Assembly (NCBI GenBank): GCA_965112735.1
Contig: OZ218956.1
Coordinates: 1,302,001-1,366,000, forward strand
Length of the DNA stretch: 64,000 bases
DNA from: Phaeosaccion multiseriatum
Taxonomy: Eukaryota; Protista; Ochrophyta, other classes
Direction: 5' to 3'
Shown one piece after another: positions 1 to 14,500 of this stretch. The translations under genes and the position numbers were made by a program. The notes under the pieces were generated by a model. The model did not search any database. It worked only from the letters and a program-made list of their open reading frames with translations, and was not told the DNA's origin. Each line of letters opens with the position of its first letter. Positions within the stretch are counted from its first letter, which is position 1.

Positions 1-184
1 CCTCGCCAGCCCATCGCAGAACTTGGCAAACTGCAACAAACCCTCAGCTGTGGCCGCCATCATGGCCCGAGAGCCCTGCGTTTCTCCCCTCCCTCCCCTC
101 CCTCCCCTTCTCTGTAGAGTCCCTCTCTGCTGCGGCCGCCCCTCCCTTCGCCCATCGTCGCCATCGCTGCCATTCCTCCTCCTC

Positions 185-228
<44 letters not shown>

Positions 229-480
229 GTTGGTAGCGGCTGTGGCCACGCCTCCGTCTGCTGCAGAGTGCTTCTTGAGTATCGGCTCCGCGATGGCAGC
301 CACCTCTTTATAGACAACCAACACGTCATCCACCGCCTCGGGCTGCTGCCGGTGATGGTGCTGCTCTTGCCTCCACTCCGTCTGGAGCAGGAGCAGCTTC
401 AGTCGATTCAGGTCGTCCTTTTGCGCGGCCGCCTAAGGTGGAAGAAGAGAGCAGAGCCAACAACAACAGCGACGACGACG

Positions 481-558
<78 letters not shown>

Positions 559-575
559 ACCACGACGACGACGGC

Positions 576-627
<52 letters not shown>

Positions 628-650
628 CCAACACCAACACCAACAACACC

Positions 651-712
<62 letters not shown>

Positions 713-2487
713 GCAAGAGGAAAAGACTACACGTGAGCTGCTGAACAGAACAAAAAAATCCAAACAAAGAGCTTACAGGTTCATTCATAAGGAGTCGCGT
801 GGCCCCTGCCCCCCCTGCCCTGCCCTCCCTACCCTGCCCCCCCCCCCCTCACCGCTTGCACCCGTTCGTCGATGAAGCGGAGCGAGCCAGTGATGACGGC
901 CCGCGCCCCCTCGGGGTTGGTGGCGAAGTCTCCGCTCTTGAGGCGGGCCCAGTTCACGCGCGCTATTTGCGGGGCGGGAGTGGTCAGATCAGGATCGAAA
1001 CGCCGGATACCTGCGTGTGTGTATGTGTGTGTGTGTGTGCGAGTGTTTTTGAGTGTACGTGTGCGTGTGTGTATGTGTGAGAGAGAGAGAGAGGAGAACA
1101 GTCACCCTGACCCTCACTACCACCCTCACCCTCATCCTCACCCTCATCCTCACCCTCATCCTCACCCCCACTCACCCCCACTCACCCCCACTCACCCCCA
1201 CTCACCCCCACTCACCCCCACTCACCCCCACTCACCACCCTCCCACCCTGATTCTCTCTCCTCCCTTACCCTCAATGTACTTGTGTGCCAAGTCCAACAC
1301 GCCCTCCTCCACCGCGGCATCAGCGGCGCCCAGCAGCAGCCGCCCAAGATGAGCATCGATGGCACGGTTACACGCCAACCTGTCCTCTGGTGCCATCATC
1401 CTCGCCGTCCCAGTGCCCACGCTGCTCCCCCCCCTGCCTCCACCTCCAGCTCCACCCACACCCACGCCTCCTTCTCCTCCGATAAGGTTCGGGTTGCTGT
1501 TGTAGCCTTGCCGCAAGGCCTGGAGGCACCTCAGGCGAAGGGCCAGCACTCCGTTCCACACCGTGCTCGAATCGCGCTACCAGACACACAATATGGTCAA
1601 GAAGTAGGGTTGAGTTAGTTAGGTAGTTAGGTAGACAGGTAGGTTAGGTAGATGGATGGGTAGGTATGTAGGCAGGAAGATGGCTAGTAAGAGGAAGGAC
1701 ACGGACAGCGCAGCTGTAAAGCATCAGTGGAGCAGTAAAGCAGCAGAAAGAAGTAAGGAAAGAGGCAGCAGTCCTTCTTACCTTGATGGACGGACTCTGC
1801 ACCTCCCACCGCTTCAGCAGCGCCTCAATGGAGGGGCGGTCGCTCGCGTTGCTCTGCAGGGCCTTAAAGCCTGCCCAGTCGTGCATCTCCACGAGCAACT
1901 CGAGGCACTGCAGCTGCTGCTTGCGGGCAGCGGTGGCACAAAACGCGAGGCCTGACCAGCGGGACTGGTGGTGGTGTGGGTGGTGTGGTGATCAGATGGT
2001 GAGGTAGTGGGTGGGGCGGGCAAGTGGGGAAGTAGAGCAGCAGGAGGGAGGAAGGGAGGAAGGAAGGAAGGAAGGGAGGAAGGAAGGGAGGGAGGGGGGG
2101 AGGGGAGGAGCGTGGGCTTCACTCACTGCTTCACTTCACATCATCAATTGGCGCTGCTTCTTGGAGCCCCCAAGCTCCACCTCCCTCCCTCCCTCCCTCC
2201 CTCCCTCCCTCCCTCCTTCCATCCCCTCCCTCCCTCCCTCTCTCCCTCTCTCCTTCCCTCCTTCCGTCTCCTCCCTCCTCTCCTCCCCTCCTCCCCTCTA
2301 CTCCCTCACTCACTCACTCACTCACCGCGAACCTCGAGAGCGTGTTTGCGATGTGCATCTCTGCTCTTGCCATGTCGCCCCTCTGCACCGCGGCGAGAGA
2401 GAGCTCCAGAGGCATATTGTCGGACAGCCACCGCCACCGAGTCGTGGTCGCAGTTGGGTCGTCTGATTGAACACCCATACCCAAACA

Positions 2488-2518
<31 letters not shown>

Positions 2519-5500
2519 CAAGGCACCCAAATAGTTCGCGGCGACAGACGCGATGAGAGGTCAGAGGGAGGGGGAGGAGAGGGGAGAGGGAAGAGGGGAG
2601 AGGGGGGAGGCGAGAAGGGAGAGGGGAGGGGGGAGGCGACAGAGGAGAGGGGAGGGGGGAGAGGGGAGAGAGGAGAGCGTCAAGGCTGTCTCTAACCAAA
2701 TCTAACCTGACCGAACCTGACCTAACCTGACCTAACCTGACCTAACCTGACCTAACCTGACCTAACCTGACCGAACCTGACCTAACCTGACCTAACCTGA
2801 CCTAACCTGGGTCAAGGCTGTCTCTAACCTGACCGAACCTGACCTAACCTGACCTAACCTGACCTAACCTGGGTCAAGGCTGTCTCTAACCAAACCGAAC
2901 CTGACCTAACCTGACCTAACCTAACCTAACCTGACCTAACCTGACCTAACCTGGGTCAAGGCTGATGGGCGAGGCGTCCTCCTTCGCCCCGGTGAGAAAA
3001 TCCGCAAGCTCTGCTGCCGCTCCGGCGACATTGTCTGTGGCAGCCCCCCACCCCCCCTCCTCCTCCTCCTCCTCCTCCTCGCTGTACAGCAGTGCCCAGA
3101 CGAAGTAGGGAAGGTGCGAGTCGCGGCGAGAAAGGTCCCACATGGGCACGTCCTTGCACATTGCCTCCACCGCCTCCTGCAAGTAGGTCAAATTGGGTAT
3201 ACAGATTGGGTGTATGTGAAGGGGGTTAGAGGTGTATGGGCAGGTAACGTGCCCGTACCATCTCGAGAAGCGGTGCATTGCGAGGAGCGTAAAGAGATTG
3301 GTACAGGGGTTGGGTACACAGGTGTATCAGTGACAGAAAGCACACCTGACTTCATGATTGACTTGGACTACCTACCCGCCAACCCACCCATCCACCCACC
3401 CACCCCCCCCCATCCATCCATCCACCCACCAACCCACCCATCCATCCACCAACCCACCCATCCACCCACCCACCCACCCCCACCCACCACCCCACCCATC
3501 CACTCATTCACCAACTCACCTACCCACCCATCTACCCACACCCAATGACCCACCCACCTTCATGCTCGCCCAATCGCCGAGCTTTCTGCAGCACTCCAGC
3601 GTTCGCAGATCCCACATATCCAGCTCCGTCTGGGTCGCCACCACCTCTCCCCTCCCTTCCCCGCCTGCCCCTCCCTCCTGCTCCTCGAGGCGGTGTGCGG
3701 CATCTCTCACCAGTTGGTTGTACGCCTTCATGGCGCCCTTAAAGTCGCCCCGCAGCTCGCAGTCCAGTGCCCTGCGCGTCTCCTCTCCAGTGCTCGCCCT
3801 TGCCGACAAGCCCAATAAGACTTCCTTCTCCCCCAGTTCGGCGTACAGTCTGCTCAGCTCCAGCCACGACACCTGTTCCTCCTTCTCATCCTGCTTCTCC
3901 TTGTCGGCCTCCGTCGTATCACCAACCGCACCACCTCCACCTCCACCTCCACCTCCACCACCCCTCTTGGACGTGATGTGCGCTGCCCCCTTACTCCCTC
4001 TCCCCTTTGCTGCGGTCATACTCCTCTGCTGCTTGGCCTGCTTAGCCGCGATGCTGGTGCCGAGCTGATCCTCCAATAGGAGGATGCCGGAGTGGCAATT
4101 CAGACTCCGAATAGCCGAGTTGGCAATGAGCGAAGGAGGCAAACGCAACGGCATGGGGGCAGCTGTAGCAGCAGCAGTCGCAGCAACATCAGTTGGTGAT
4201 ACAGAAAGCGTCGCCACCGCCCGGCACGCCGCGAGCAGGCACCCCACGAGCTCTGTATGCTCCTTTGACACTGTCAGCATGCGCCGCAAGGCCCCGCCTA
4301 GGCGCTCTTGCCTCTCATGCTGGTGTATCACCAACTGCTGCTGTTGTACCACCAATTGGTGATCCTGCTGGTGCTGCTCACTCCCCGTCCCGACACCTGG
4401 AAGCGCGCGTCCACCTCCTCCTCCTCCTCCTCCTCCCCCTACGTATAGATGACTGAAGAGCTGCACGAAGAGCTCCTTTGCCACTCCTCCGTCGAGCATG
4501 GCGAGGTGCTGCAGAGGCTTCAGTATGTCACTAAGAGGAATCTCAATGTCCGGGAGCTCCCCCTGCCGATACCGCCTGCGCGCGGACAAAAGGAAGGGAA
4601 GGGAGGGAGGGAGGGAGGGAGGGAGGGAGGGAGGGAGGGAGGCAGGGAGGGAGGCAGGGAGGGAGAGAGAAAGGAGGGAGGAAGGGCAAATTCTCACATA
4701 GGTGTCAATTTCTGCAGCTGCTTGTGCATCTGTGCGTACTGTACACTATTCTACTACAGGTATGTGTGACAACCTCCACTCCCCCCACCTCCAACCAAAC
4801 AAGTGTTTTAACCCTCAAAACAGGTCCCAGGTTAGCTCAATCCACCCACATCTTACTTAAAGCATACGTACCTGAGAATGGCGTCCTTCGGCGGTCTTCG
4901 TCCTTTGCCGTAGCGCCTCCGTCCGTGCCACCCCCCTCCTTGTGACTGCTGTGTAGCGCCACCTCCTCCTCCGAACCTCGGAGGAGGCGGGGGCATGAGA
5001 GCCGCCCCGTCTCCCCCTCTCCCCTCCCCTCCCCAGCCTCCACCACCGCCGGCACCGCTGTCTCCGCCAATGTTACGCAACAGCAAGGAGGTGTCCTGGC
5101 TCTGAGACAGGTACGCCGCGGTACTGCCCACAGCCGCCCCTCCTCCTCCTCCTCGTCCTCCTCCTCCCCCTCCTTGCTGGGTTTGTGTCCAGCTAAAGTC
5201 TTGCGTCGAGCGGAGTAGCCCACCTGCGCGCTGCCGTTGACTCATGCTGCTGGGGAGCCCCCCTGCCCCTCCTCCTCCGCCCACAGCCTGACTCGTCGTC
5301 CACTCGCGCTCCAAACCTTGGTCGAACTAGTATAGAGAGGATGGTAGCAGACGGAGGAGACAGAGACTCACAGATTGAGGGTCTGACTGAGTCACTGGCC
5401 GACTGCCTGACCGACTGCCTGGCCGATTGCCTGACTGACTCACTGACTGACTGACCGATAGAGTGACTGACTGACCGGCTGACTGACGAGCTGACTGACG

Positions 5501-8500
5501 ACTGACCTGAGAGAGGCTGAGCAGTTGCGAGCTCAGAGAGAACATTGGGGTCATTGGCCGTGCACGCATAGGGCCCGCTCCAAGACCGCCCAGGTCCATG
5601 TCAGTGAACTTGCAATCACCTGCAAGTCAGTCAGTGAGGCAGTCAGTAAGTCAATGAACCAGTCAGTCAGGCAAGCAAACAAGCAAGCAAGCAAGCAGAG
5701 CAAGTAGAAGAGCAAGAGAGGAAGCAATGCAAGCAGGAACGGGGGCCCTCTGCAGACTGTTGATGTATCCCTTTAGCAATACAACACCACACACGTACCC
5801 AGGCCCTTGGGGAAGAGCTGTCGGTCGAACTCGTGGGAGAGAGCCGTTACACGCAGCAGCATGAAGGTACTAAGGGATAACGTAGTGAAGTAGGGGAGTG
5901 ATAAGATGAGGGTGGTGGGAGTGGGGGGGAGGTTGGGGACGGGGGGGACGGTGGAGGCGGTGGGGAATGTGGCGAGGAGGGGGTGGCGAGGAGCGGACCA
6001 AGACAGCGAGACACATGCACGAGAGGAGGGTGGGGAGGAAGGCAGGGCCGTTAATCCCAGCAAACGACGGGAGACAATACGAAAAGAAAGAGGATCAAAG
6101 CGAACGAAAGCAAAGGGAACAACTGTGTAAACGCACCTTCACCCACCACGCCCTATCTACACCTCCAGCCATCTGCCTCTCACCTCAAGTGCAGACACTC
6201 CTGTAGCTGTCCACTACTCCCTACCTACCCAACCTCCAACGAACCACCTTTCTTGTGTGTAACTGTCATTCTAACCTATGGAAGTACAGTCACCTTTCCC
6301 TCCTTAACCCTCTCCTCCACCAACCAGTTCCTTCTGCAACTCACCTAAAGTGGAGCCACTCCTGTGCGGTGCTGGCGTCGAACATGTCCCTCATGAGCAC
6401 CTCGAGGCGGCCAGACGGCCCGACAGGAAGCAGCCCCAGAGCATCCCAAAAGTCGTACAGAGTCCGCCGAATACCCTTCCGTCCACCTCCCCCCCCTCCT
6501 CTTCCTCCTTCGCCTGCTCCTGCTGCTGCTGCTGCTGCCTGGGCTTTGATTCTCTGCGTCGGCTCGGCTTGATCAGCACCACCATGCCCGTCCTCCTCCT
6601 CCGCCTCCTCCTCCTGCAGCATGTAGTTGCTGTCTTGCCCACTGGCATACACGTCGGGAGGAGCCGCACCATCACCAACTCCTCCACCTCCACCTCGGCC
6701 GCCACCGCTGCTGTCGTTGCTGCTGTCATTGCCGCCGCTGCTGCTGCTGCTGCTGTTGACCTGTCCGAGAGAATCCATTCCCTCTGTGTCGGGGTCGTCA
6801 AGCCCCTGCAAGAGACATGCCTTTACTGACTGAGATTGGGCAGCGCTCAGGAGGGAGGAGGAGGAGGAGGAGGCACCATCCTTGCTTAGGACGAACAAGT
6901 CCACCATAATGCGATACACCTCCTCTCTGCAGTCCACGAATGTGTTGGGTGAGGTGAGCTGCAACAGCGAGTGGGGGCTGTCGGATCCGCCCAACAGATG
7001 GCGATAGTCCGCCTGGTCCAACGTGGGCAGCAGGTGTCGCACCACTCGGAGGGCATTGAGCTGAACCATCGGCACATGGCGCTTCTCCGCTCGAATATAG
7101 ATGGTACCGGGGTCGAGTAGTGCGGCAGGAAGGTGTTGTCTCAGCATCTTGAAGAGGGAAGGCTCCAGCTCCATGCTCTCGATGGCGTCCAGGGGTTGAG
7201 CCGCAAGCAGCGCGAAGAAGGCAGAGCGGGACTTTGCGTCGCAGCGACTGAGAGAGGGAGGTTGGGTAGAGGATTCGGAGATATGGAGAGTAGTGAGAGC
7301 AGTGAGAGATGGCGTAGTATGGGTAACACACCTGTCGTTCTCCTTACCTGAAGACCGAAAGCGCCTTGTTGAGCAGCTCTCTGTCGAGTATCTCTGGGAA
7401 GGCCCTCGCCACGAGCGACACACTCTTGACGAAGCGAGACGGACTCTGTGCACCCCCTTCATTGTACATGGACCGAAGCTTGCGGTGCACTTTGTTCATC
7501 AGGTCCTCCGCCTCCTTACAACTGTCAATACCTTGCAACACGAGCCGCTCCTTGTGCGCCAACGCCAGTCCCGCCGCCTCCGAAGCAGAGGCAAATACCT
7601 CCGCCCGTTGACGGTCCAAGGCGCGTACAAGCCACTTGACCAAAGCATCGGCGTGTGGAGTATCATGTGCAAACACCTGCACGCCTCTGTCGAAGAGCAT
7701 CCCGAGCAGCGACAGGCCCAACAGAAGGCGGTCCTTCGCAACGGATCCGGAGGAGTCTCGCTTAGCCTTGGAACCACCCGTGGACTGCTCCCCCGTGGAC
7801 AAGAAGTCAACGATGGACTCCATATCGAACCGCAAGGGAGGCGGAGCTCCTCCCCCTCCTCCCCTCCCTCCTGCCGCCTCTCTAGCCTCTTGCACGAGCC
7901 CCACGAAGCCATGCAGCGCTACCACATTGCTACGAAGCACGCTCTGCACAGGCACATCACCTGAAGGGATCGATCGAGGCGTGAGTGACAGTTACGTCCG
8001 TTACGTCATCAGTTGAGAGTGAGGGAGAGAGGCAGACAGATGGCCGCAGACCGCGGGAGCCAAGGAGGGCTCCTGACAGCCACCCACCTTTGGTCTCGTT
8101 ACCCCTCCTGGAGAACATGCACATGGGAAGGAGCTTGGACACGAGGGCGCACGCCTGGGGTACTCCTTGCTGCTCGGAGAAGGACAAGTGAGGCCGCCAA
8201 GGCCCGCCCAGCAACACCAGCACGTCTCTGTGTGTGTGAGAAAGAGTGTGTGCGTGAAAGAGAGAGACGAGACAGAGGGCGTAAGTGTGTGCGTGTGTGT
8301 ATGTGTGAACAAGAGAGAGAGTGTGCGTGTGTCTGTGTCTGTGACAGTTGTGTGTTTCTGTGCGTGCGTGTGGACATGAGAAATGGGAGACAACGACAGC
8401 GTACACAATATGGGCCGCAAGCAGCAAAACAAATGAAACTCTCTTCGGATCCAATCTATCCCATTCCATCCAATATACTCATATACCTCAGCATGTAGTT

Positions 8501-11500
8501 AAAGTCTTCGTGTCGAGGCGAGGAGAGCAGTTGGGGGTGCAGGCACACGTCCAACACGCCACTGAGGAGGTGCCGGGAGGCGAAAGGGGCGACGATGGAG
8601 CTCACGGGGCTGCGCATCAGCACCTCCAACACCAGCAGCCGGACATTACCGGGCACCTGTCCCTGCCCCTGCTCCTGGCCGCGTTCCTCCTGACCGGGAC
8701 CAGTAGCAGTAGCAGCACCAGCACCAGGTGGTGATACATCAGCGATGGTGGTGATGTTGTCTTCAGGGGGGTTGGAGAGCAGGCCTGCGAGACGGATCAG
8801 CCAGGCGGGCGCGAAGCACGGGTCCCGCTCGAGAGATGCCGTCCAATCCTCGCCGAAGAGGTACCACATCTGCGCAGGAGGAGGAGGAGGAGGAGGAGGA
8901 GGAGGAGGAGGAGGAGGAGGAGGAGGAGGAGGAGGAGGAGGAGGAGGAGGAGGAGGAGGAGGAAGAGGAGGAGGAGGAGGAGGAGGAAGAGGAGAACGAG
9001 TGAGCTGAGGAGAAGAATGCTCACCTGGACTAGATTTCGACTCCACAGGCACACATGCAATATGGGAATCCCCCAAGAGCCCTATAAATTGAATGTACAA
9101 CAAACCGCACGGAGATCCTAGGCTTCGCGTAGGATCGGATTATAAAAGGGAGGAGGCGTGAGAGAGGGAGGAAGAGGATTCCTGAATCGCCCCCGCCATG
9201 GGTCCTTCTCAAACCCCTGACCGAGGCTCATCAGGCAAAGTGGGCCTTCTTTACCGTTGGTTCTTTTGCTTATCGCACGTACGTACTCTTACGTACTCTT
9301 TCTTACCTTGGCGATGAGCCTGATCAGGGCCGACACAACAGGCTCCCTCCCGAGGTCCGTCAACTCCAGCTCGATGACTCCGCCCCTCCGCCCGCCCCCT
9401 CCTCCTACTCCCTCCCCTCCCTCCTCGTCCTCCTCTCCCTCCTCCTCGTCCTCAAGCTGATCAAAGTCGTACATCATGTTGAAGGTGTCCATCGTTGCCA
9501 CACTCGCCGCATTCGTAGCAGCAGCCCGTCCTTTGCCCTTGCCGTCACCTCCCCCCTCCTCCCCCTCCTCCCCCTCATCACCCCCTCCTCCTCCTTCTCC
9601 TGCTCCTCCCCCTTCACCCATGGGCTCATAATCCTCCTCCATGACGGCCTGGCTATCATACCCCTCCCTCGCATCCTCTGTCCTCTGAGGACCATCGAGC
9701 AGCCCCCTACCATCCCTCCCCGCTTCCCCGAGCCCTCCTCCTTGCTGACTCAAGCTGCTGCACGAAAGCATGTAAGAGTACAACGCCGGACGGTGGTGCT
9801 GCTGCCCCTGCCCCCCTCCAGCTCCATCTGCGCCTCTCCCTCCATAGATACGTGGTGGCAAATCTCCCTTTTCGTCCGACAGTACAATCTTTTTAAAGTC
9901 CTCTGCAACTGTGCGCAGCTTATACCGCCTTGTGAGGTCCATGAGAAGACTCAGCTGCTGACAAGCATCGCTCCCCCCCCCACCGGGCATGACCAGATCG
10001 AAGGCCTTCTCCTTGGTCTGCGTCACGCGCACGACGGTGCAGAGAGCGGAGAAGGTTGAGCCTAAGCGACGAAGTTCTGCTCGGCGCAGGGCAGAGGTAA
10101 CTCCTGCAAACTCTTTCTTGCCGGAGGGGGCATTCTTGAGAATCCTCCTCATCAGGGCAATCAAGTCTTTCACAAGGTCCTTCTCCTTTGCTGTATCACC
10201 AACTGCTCCTGCTGCTGCTCCTGCCCCTCCCGCCGTGGATGGGCGATTGTAAGCCAACTTTACGCTACCTCTGAGGCGCCTCTCGGGCAAGGCATCGAAG
10301 AGCAGTTCCAGCAGCTGAAAGCCACCCGCCTGCATTAGTAACTGTCCCTCCTGGCTCATCTTGTTGGACTTAGTGGCTGCTAAAGACGGAGCAGCAGCAC
10401 CAGCACCAGCACCAGCACCACTGATGACGGCCGTGGCTTGCGCACCCTTCTCCACCGCAGCCACTAAGGCCTGCAGAAGATTCGCAGGGCCCCGAGTGAC
10501 AACGGTGAAGCCCTGCCGCTTCCTTTGCTCCTCGGTAATCTCCTCGCAAAACACCTTCTCCACCACATCTGCTCCCATCACCGGGCTTGTGGCCGCATTT
10601 CCCGCCGCCACAGCCGTCACCGTCAGCGCATGGCGCCGCAAGAGAGGCACACACAGCTGCTCCACCAAGCCCGTCCGCACGCGCGGGGCCGTGTGCGCGT
10701 GTAACAGTCGGGTGAATACAACGTCATGCACAACCTCGCGCACGTGCTCCTCCTCCTTTGAGAGCTTGTCCACGAAGCGGCCGAGCTCCGTACGCACCAA
10801 TGCCGTGTGCTTCGCCTCTTCTTTTCGCGCCCCTCTGCCTCTGTTGCCCCTCTTCCCGTTCGCGATACATCCACGCCCTGCCCCTCCCGGCTTCCCCGCA
10901 CCATTCGCTCCCTCCTTCTCCTCCTCGCCCCCCCCCTCCTCCCCCTCCTCCCCCTCCTCCCCTGCTGCATCCAGATACTCCATTGGAGGAAAGAGGTAAG
11001 GCTGCACACACAAAAGCAGCTCAGTGCTGCAGCTCGACACCAGGGCCGACAGACACGCTCGCAGTAACCGGGCATGCGCCTGCGCCTTACTGGCGGCGGC
11101 GTCGAAGGCTTCGCTGTCTACTGTATCACCAACTGCTGTGTCTAGAGCGAGGTCTGCCACTCGGAGTGACACATGGCGGGCGAGCATCTCTTCCAGTCCG
11201 TCTTGCAGGACCTGTCTTTGCACCTCCACAGAGGCGGGGGGGCCGAACACGGCTACGCCATCTGTGGACCGGCACTATACCATACCGGGCATGAGGGCCA
11301 CGGCAGCATGCATCATAGCATCATATGGCAAAAAATGGCAACATACGGCATACATAGGGCAGAGGGCAGAGGGCAGAGGGTAGGAACATAGGGTAGAGCG
11401 CAAAGGGCATGCATGAGAGAGATATGCGGTGCCGGGGACGCATCAAGGTGGACTGCCTCGTTCCGTCTCCGCCTCTTGTCTCTTCGGCATGTTCCTCCCT

Positions 11501-14500
11501 CCCCCCTTCCTCCACCCTCCTTCCCGCTCTCCCCCTTCCTCACTCACTCCCTCCCTCCCTCCCTCCCTCCCTCGCTCCCATTCTCATGCCCTCTTCCTCC
11601 CCGCTCTCTTCCTCCCTCTCTTCATTCCTCCCTCCCTCAGCTTACCCTCTCTCCTTCCCTCCTCCCTCCCCTCCCTCCCTCACCTTCAGGAAGTAAGGCA
11701 GCATCTGTGTGGCCTCAATCTTGGCTGCAACGTCCACGTGTCGAGCGCTCAGACACTCTGTCACCACGCGTGAGGACTGGTGCGTCAACTCGGGCCACCA
11801 TTCGCCTGCGATGAATGAAGAAGATCAAGCATATGTAACAGTATGTAACATTACAGCAAGTGTGTGAGTGAGAGAGAGAGAGAGAGGGAGAGAGAACGGG
11901 ATAAATAGAGAGAGAGAGAGAAAGAAACAGAGACAGAGGGAGGGAGAGAGAGAGAGGAGGGCAGTGTATGAGGGATGCTTGAGATGTGGTGTGTCCGGTA
12001 AAGGCGGGAGAGCGCTTCGATGAGAAGGAGGCCTTCACATGCAGTAAGTGGAGAGGGCACACCTATATTCGAAGCGACGGAGCCGAAGAATCATGCTGGC
12101 TTTCATCTCCTCTCCCTCTCCCTCTCCCTCTCCCTCTCCCTCTCCCGCTTCTGTTCCCCCTTCCTCTCTCTCTCTCCTTCCTCCACTTCCTTTCCCGTCT
12201 TCCGCTTACCCGCACACGGAGCCGCGAGCTTCAGAACGCGTTCGCAGAGACTCAGGGCCATCCTGAGGTCGTCGGGTGCGTCGCCCCATCCCTTGTCGGA
12301 GCGGGGCCTGGGCGGCAGCAAGCGGCCTTGGGAGAGAAAACAGAAAGAGAGAAGGGACGAGGAGGGGCGGAGGCAGAGAGAAGACAAGAAGACAAGTCGA
12401 AGTAACAAGAGAGGATTGTCGAATCCATGAATCAGTGTGTCGCTCGACTTCAGCGTAGGAAAGAGGTCGACCAAGCGGCCTCAAGCCGTTGTCAAGCGGT
12501 TGTCAAGCGGCTGTCAAGCACACCGCGATGTTGGGTTCGTTGGTGGCTGGCCGACCGCCTTTGGTGACGTGCTTGATCCCGCCCACAGTTTGGAAAAGGG
12601 CATGGTACGGACACTTGACGTCTTGACGTCTTGACATGGAACTGCTTGGATCAACAAGAAAAAAAAACCATCCCAGCCCTGCGCACAGCCTCACGTACTC
12701 ACCGAGTTGGCCGTGAAAGGCACCCAGAAACTCCTCGGCAGAGATGCGCTGTGGCAACGAAGACGGCCCAGACGCAGGCAATAGCAAGTCGCTGGACAGA
12801 AGACCGTCCAACATGTGGAGGCCAATGGAAGCCAAGCGGCCCGGCCCGCTGCCGCTGCCTCCTCCTGCTCCTCCTCCGACGCATAGGTCTACGAGTCGTC
12901 GACAGACCTCGCTCCAGCCGCCACCGCCGCCGCTGCTGTTGCTGCTGCTCCTGCCACTGGTGGTGCTGGGTGAGACCGTTTGCGGACGCTGCAGAATCGC
13001 TGCATTGATCTGCTGTTTGTAGTTTCTGTACATGCGGAGTCCTCGCGAGCCTGTTGGTGATACAGACGAATTATCATCCCCACCGCCGCCGCCGCCGTCG
13101 CTGCGGTGACCAGCACCATGTTCCATAGCGAGAAGCCCCATGAGCGAGAAAGAGCCCTTCCTGCTGCCGAACAGAGGAAGACCCATGTGCAGGGAGAACT
13201 GAAGCACACGCGCCCCCGCCTCCAGCGCGCCAGCAGACGTACGTACCACAGAGGAGGAGGAGGAGGAGGAGGAGGAGGAGGAGGAGGGTGCGGAGGAGGA
13301 GGAGGAGGAGGAGGACACGGAGGCGCAACCGTCGTGCAGGAGTGCAGTGAGCACCACCGCCAGTCGGACGGGGATGGTGTTTTCACAGAGGAAGGTCGGT
13401 CCCGCTCGCTCCACCACATCGTTGCGTAGAGGCCGCACTACGCTGCTCATAAGGCCCACTTCGTGCAGTACTTCGTACGTGTGCAGCACTCTGGCCAGCA
13501 GCTCTGTCTTGGGGACGTGCAGGCTGTTATCCGATGACGCCCCCGATCCTGATCCTGGCCCTGATCCTGACCCTGACCCTGACCCTGACCCTGACTCGGA
13601 CAGACCCCACTTTTCCGCCAGCGTCTTGGACATGGTGCAGGAGGCGACAAGCCACTGACAGATGTCCGTCTCGCGTGGGAGAGACGACGACGAGGAGGAT
13701 GAGCTGCTCCCACCATCCCTGCTGCTGCTGCTGCTGCTGCTGCTGCTCGGCTGGGTCGGTGTCGTCAGGAATCTTCGGAGGAGCCCTGCATTCATGTGTA
13801 TGTGTGTACAAATTGGTGCGTGTGAGTGAGTTGAGTGAGTGAGTGAGTGAGTGAGAGAGTGCGCGAGGGTGAATGAGTGAGTGAGTGAGTAAGGAAGGGA
13901 GCGTGTGAAAGCAAGCCCCCGCCGTGTCACCATGAGAGGCAAGCTCCTCTGCCCACTTCAACCAAGCCTTCAAGCCGAATACCCCCCCCTTCCCCCTGTC
14001 TGTCCCTCTGTCCTTCCCTCCCTCTCCCTCCCTCTCCCTCCCTCCCTCTCCCTCCCTCCCTCCCTCCCTCCCTCCCTCTCCCTCCCTCCCTCCCTCCCTC
14101 CCTCCCTCTCCCTCCCTCTCCCTCCCTCCCTCCCTCCCTCGCTCGCTCCTTCCCTCCCTCCCTCCCCTCCCCTCCCCTCCCCTCCCCGCCTCACTCACCT
14201 TGCAGCATGGAGGACGAGGCATCGTATACACCGCTCTTGTCTACGGCTTCATCAAGCACCTGCCAGTGAGAGAGGAGGCGTCGTGCCTGGGCGGGGAGAT
14301 ACATGCTCACCTCGTTACTACTGCCTCCTCCTGCGGAGAGACCCGGAAGAGGCATGAGACCAGCGACGCCAGGCCATAGCAGACTGTAGGCCAAGACCGA
14401 CTGTGAGGCTTCACTCCACAGACCCTGAGCAAGCAAGACACGACGGACACACACACAAAAGAGAGAGAGGGAGGGAGGGGGATGCAAGGAGTTGGAAATA

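Noticed and set aside
268-875. Poly-T/N/V/L ORFs
   Set aside because: They are translations of an intronic (AAC)n tract.
2701-2951. Interstitial telomeric repeat
   Set aside because: The unit is GTTAG/GTCAG rather than TTAGGG/TTTAGGG, and it is better explained as donor-site amplification.
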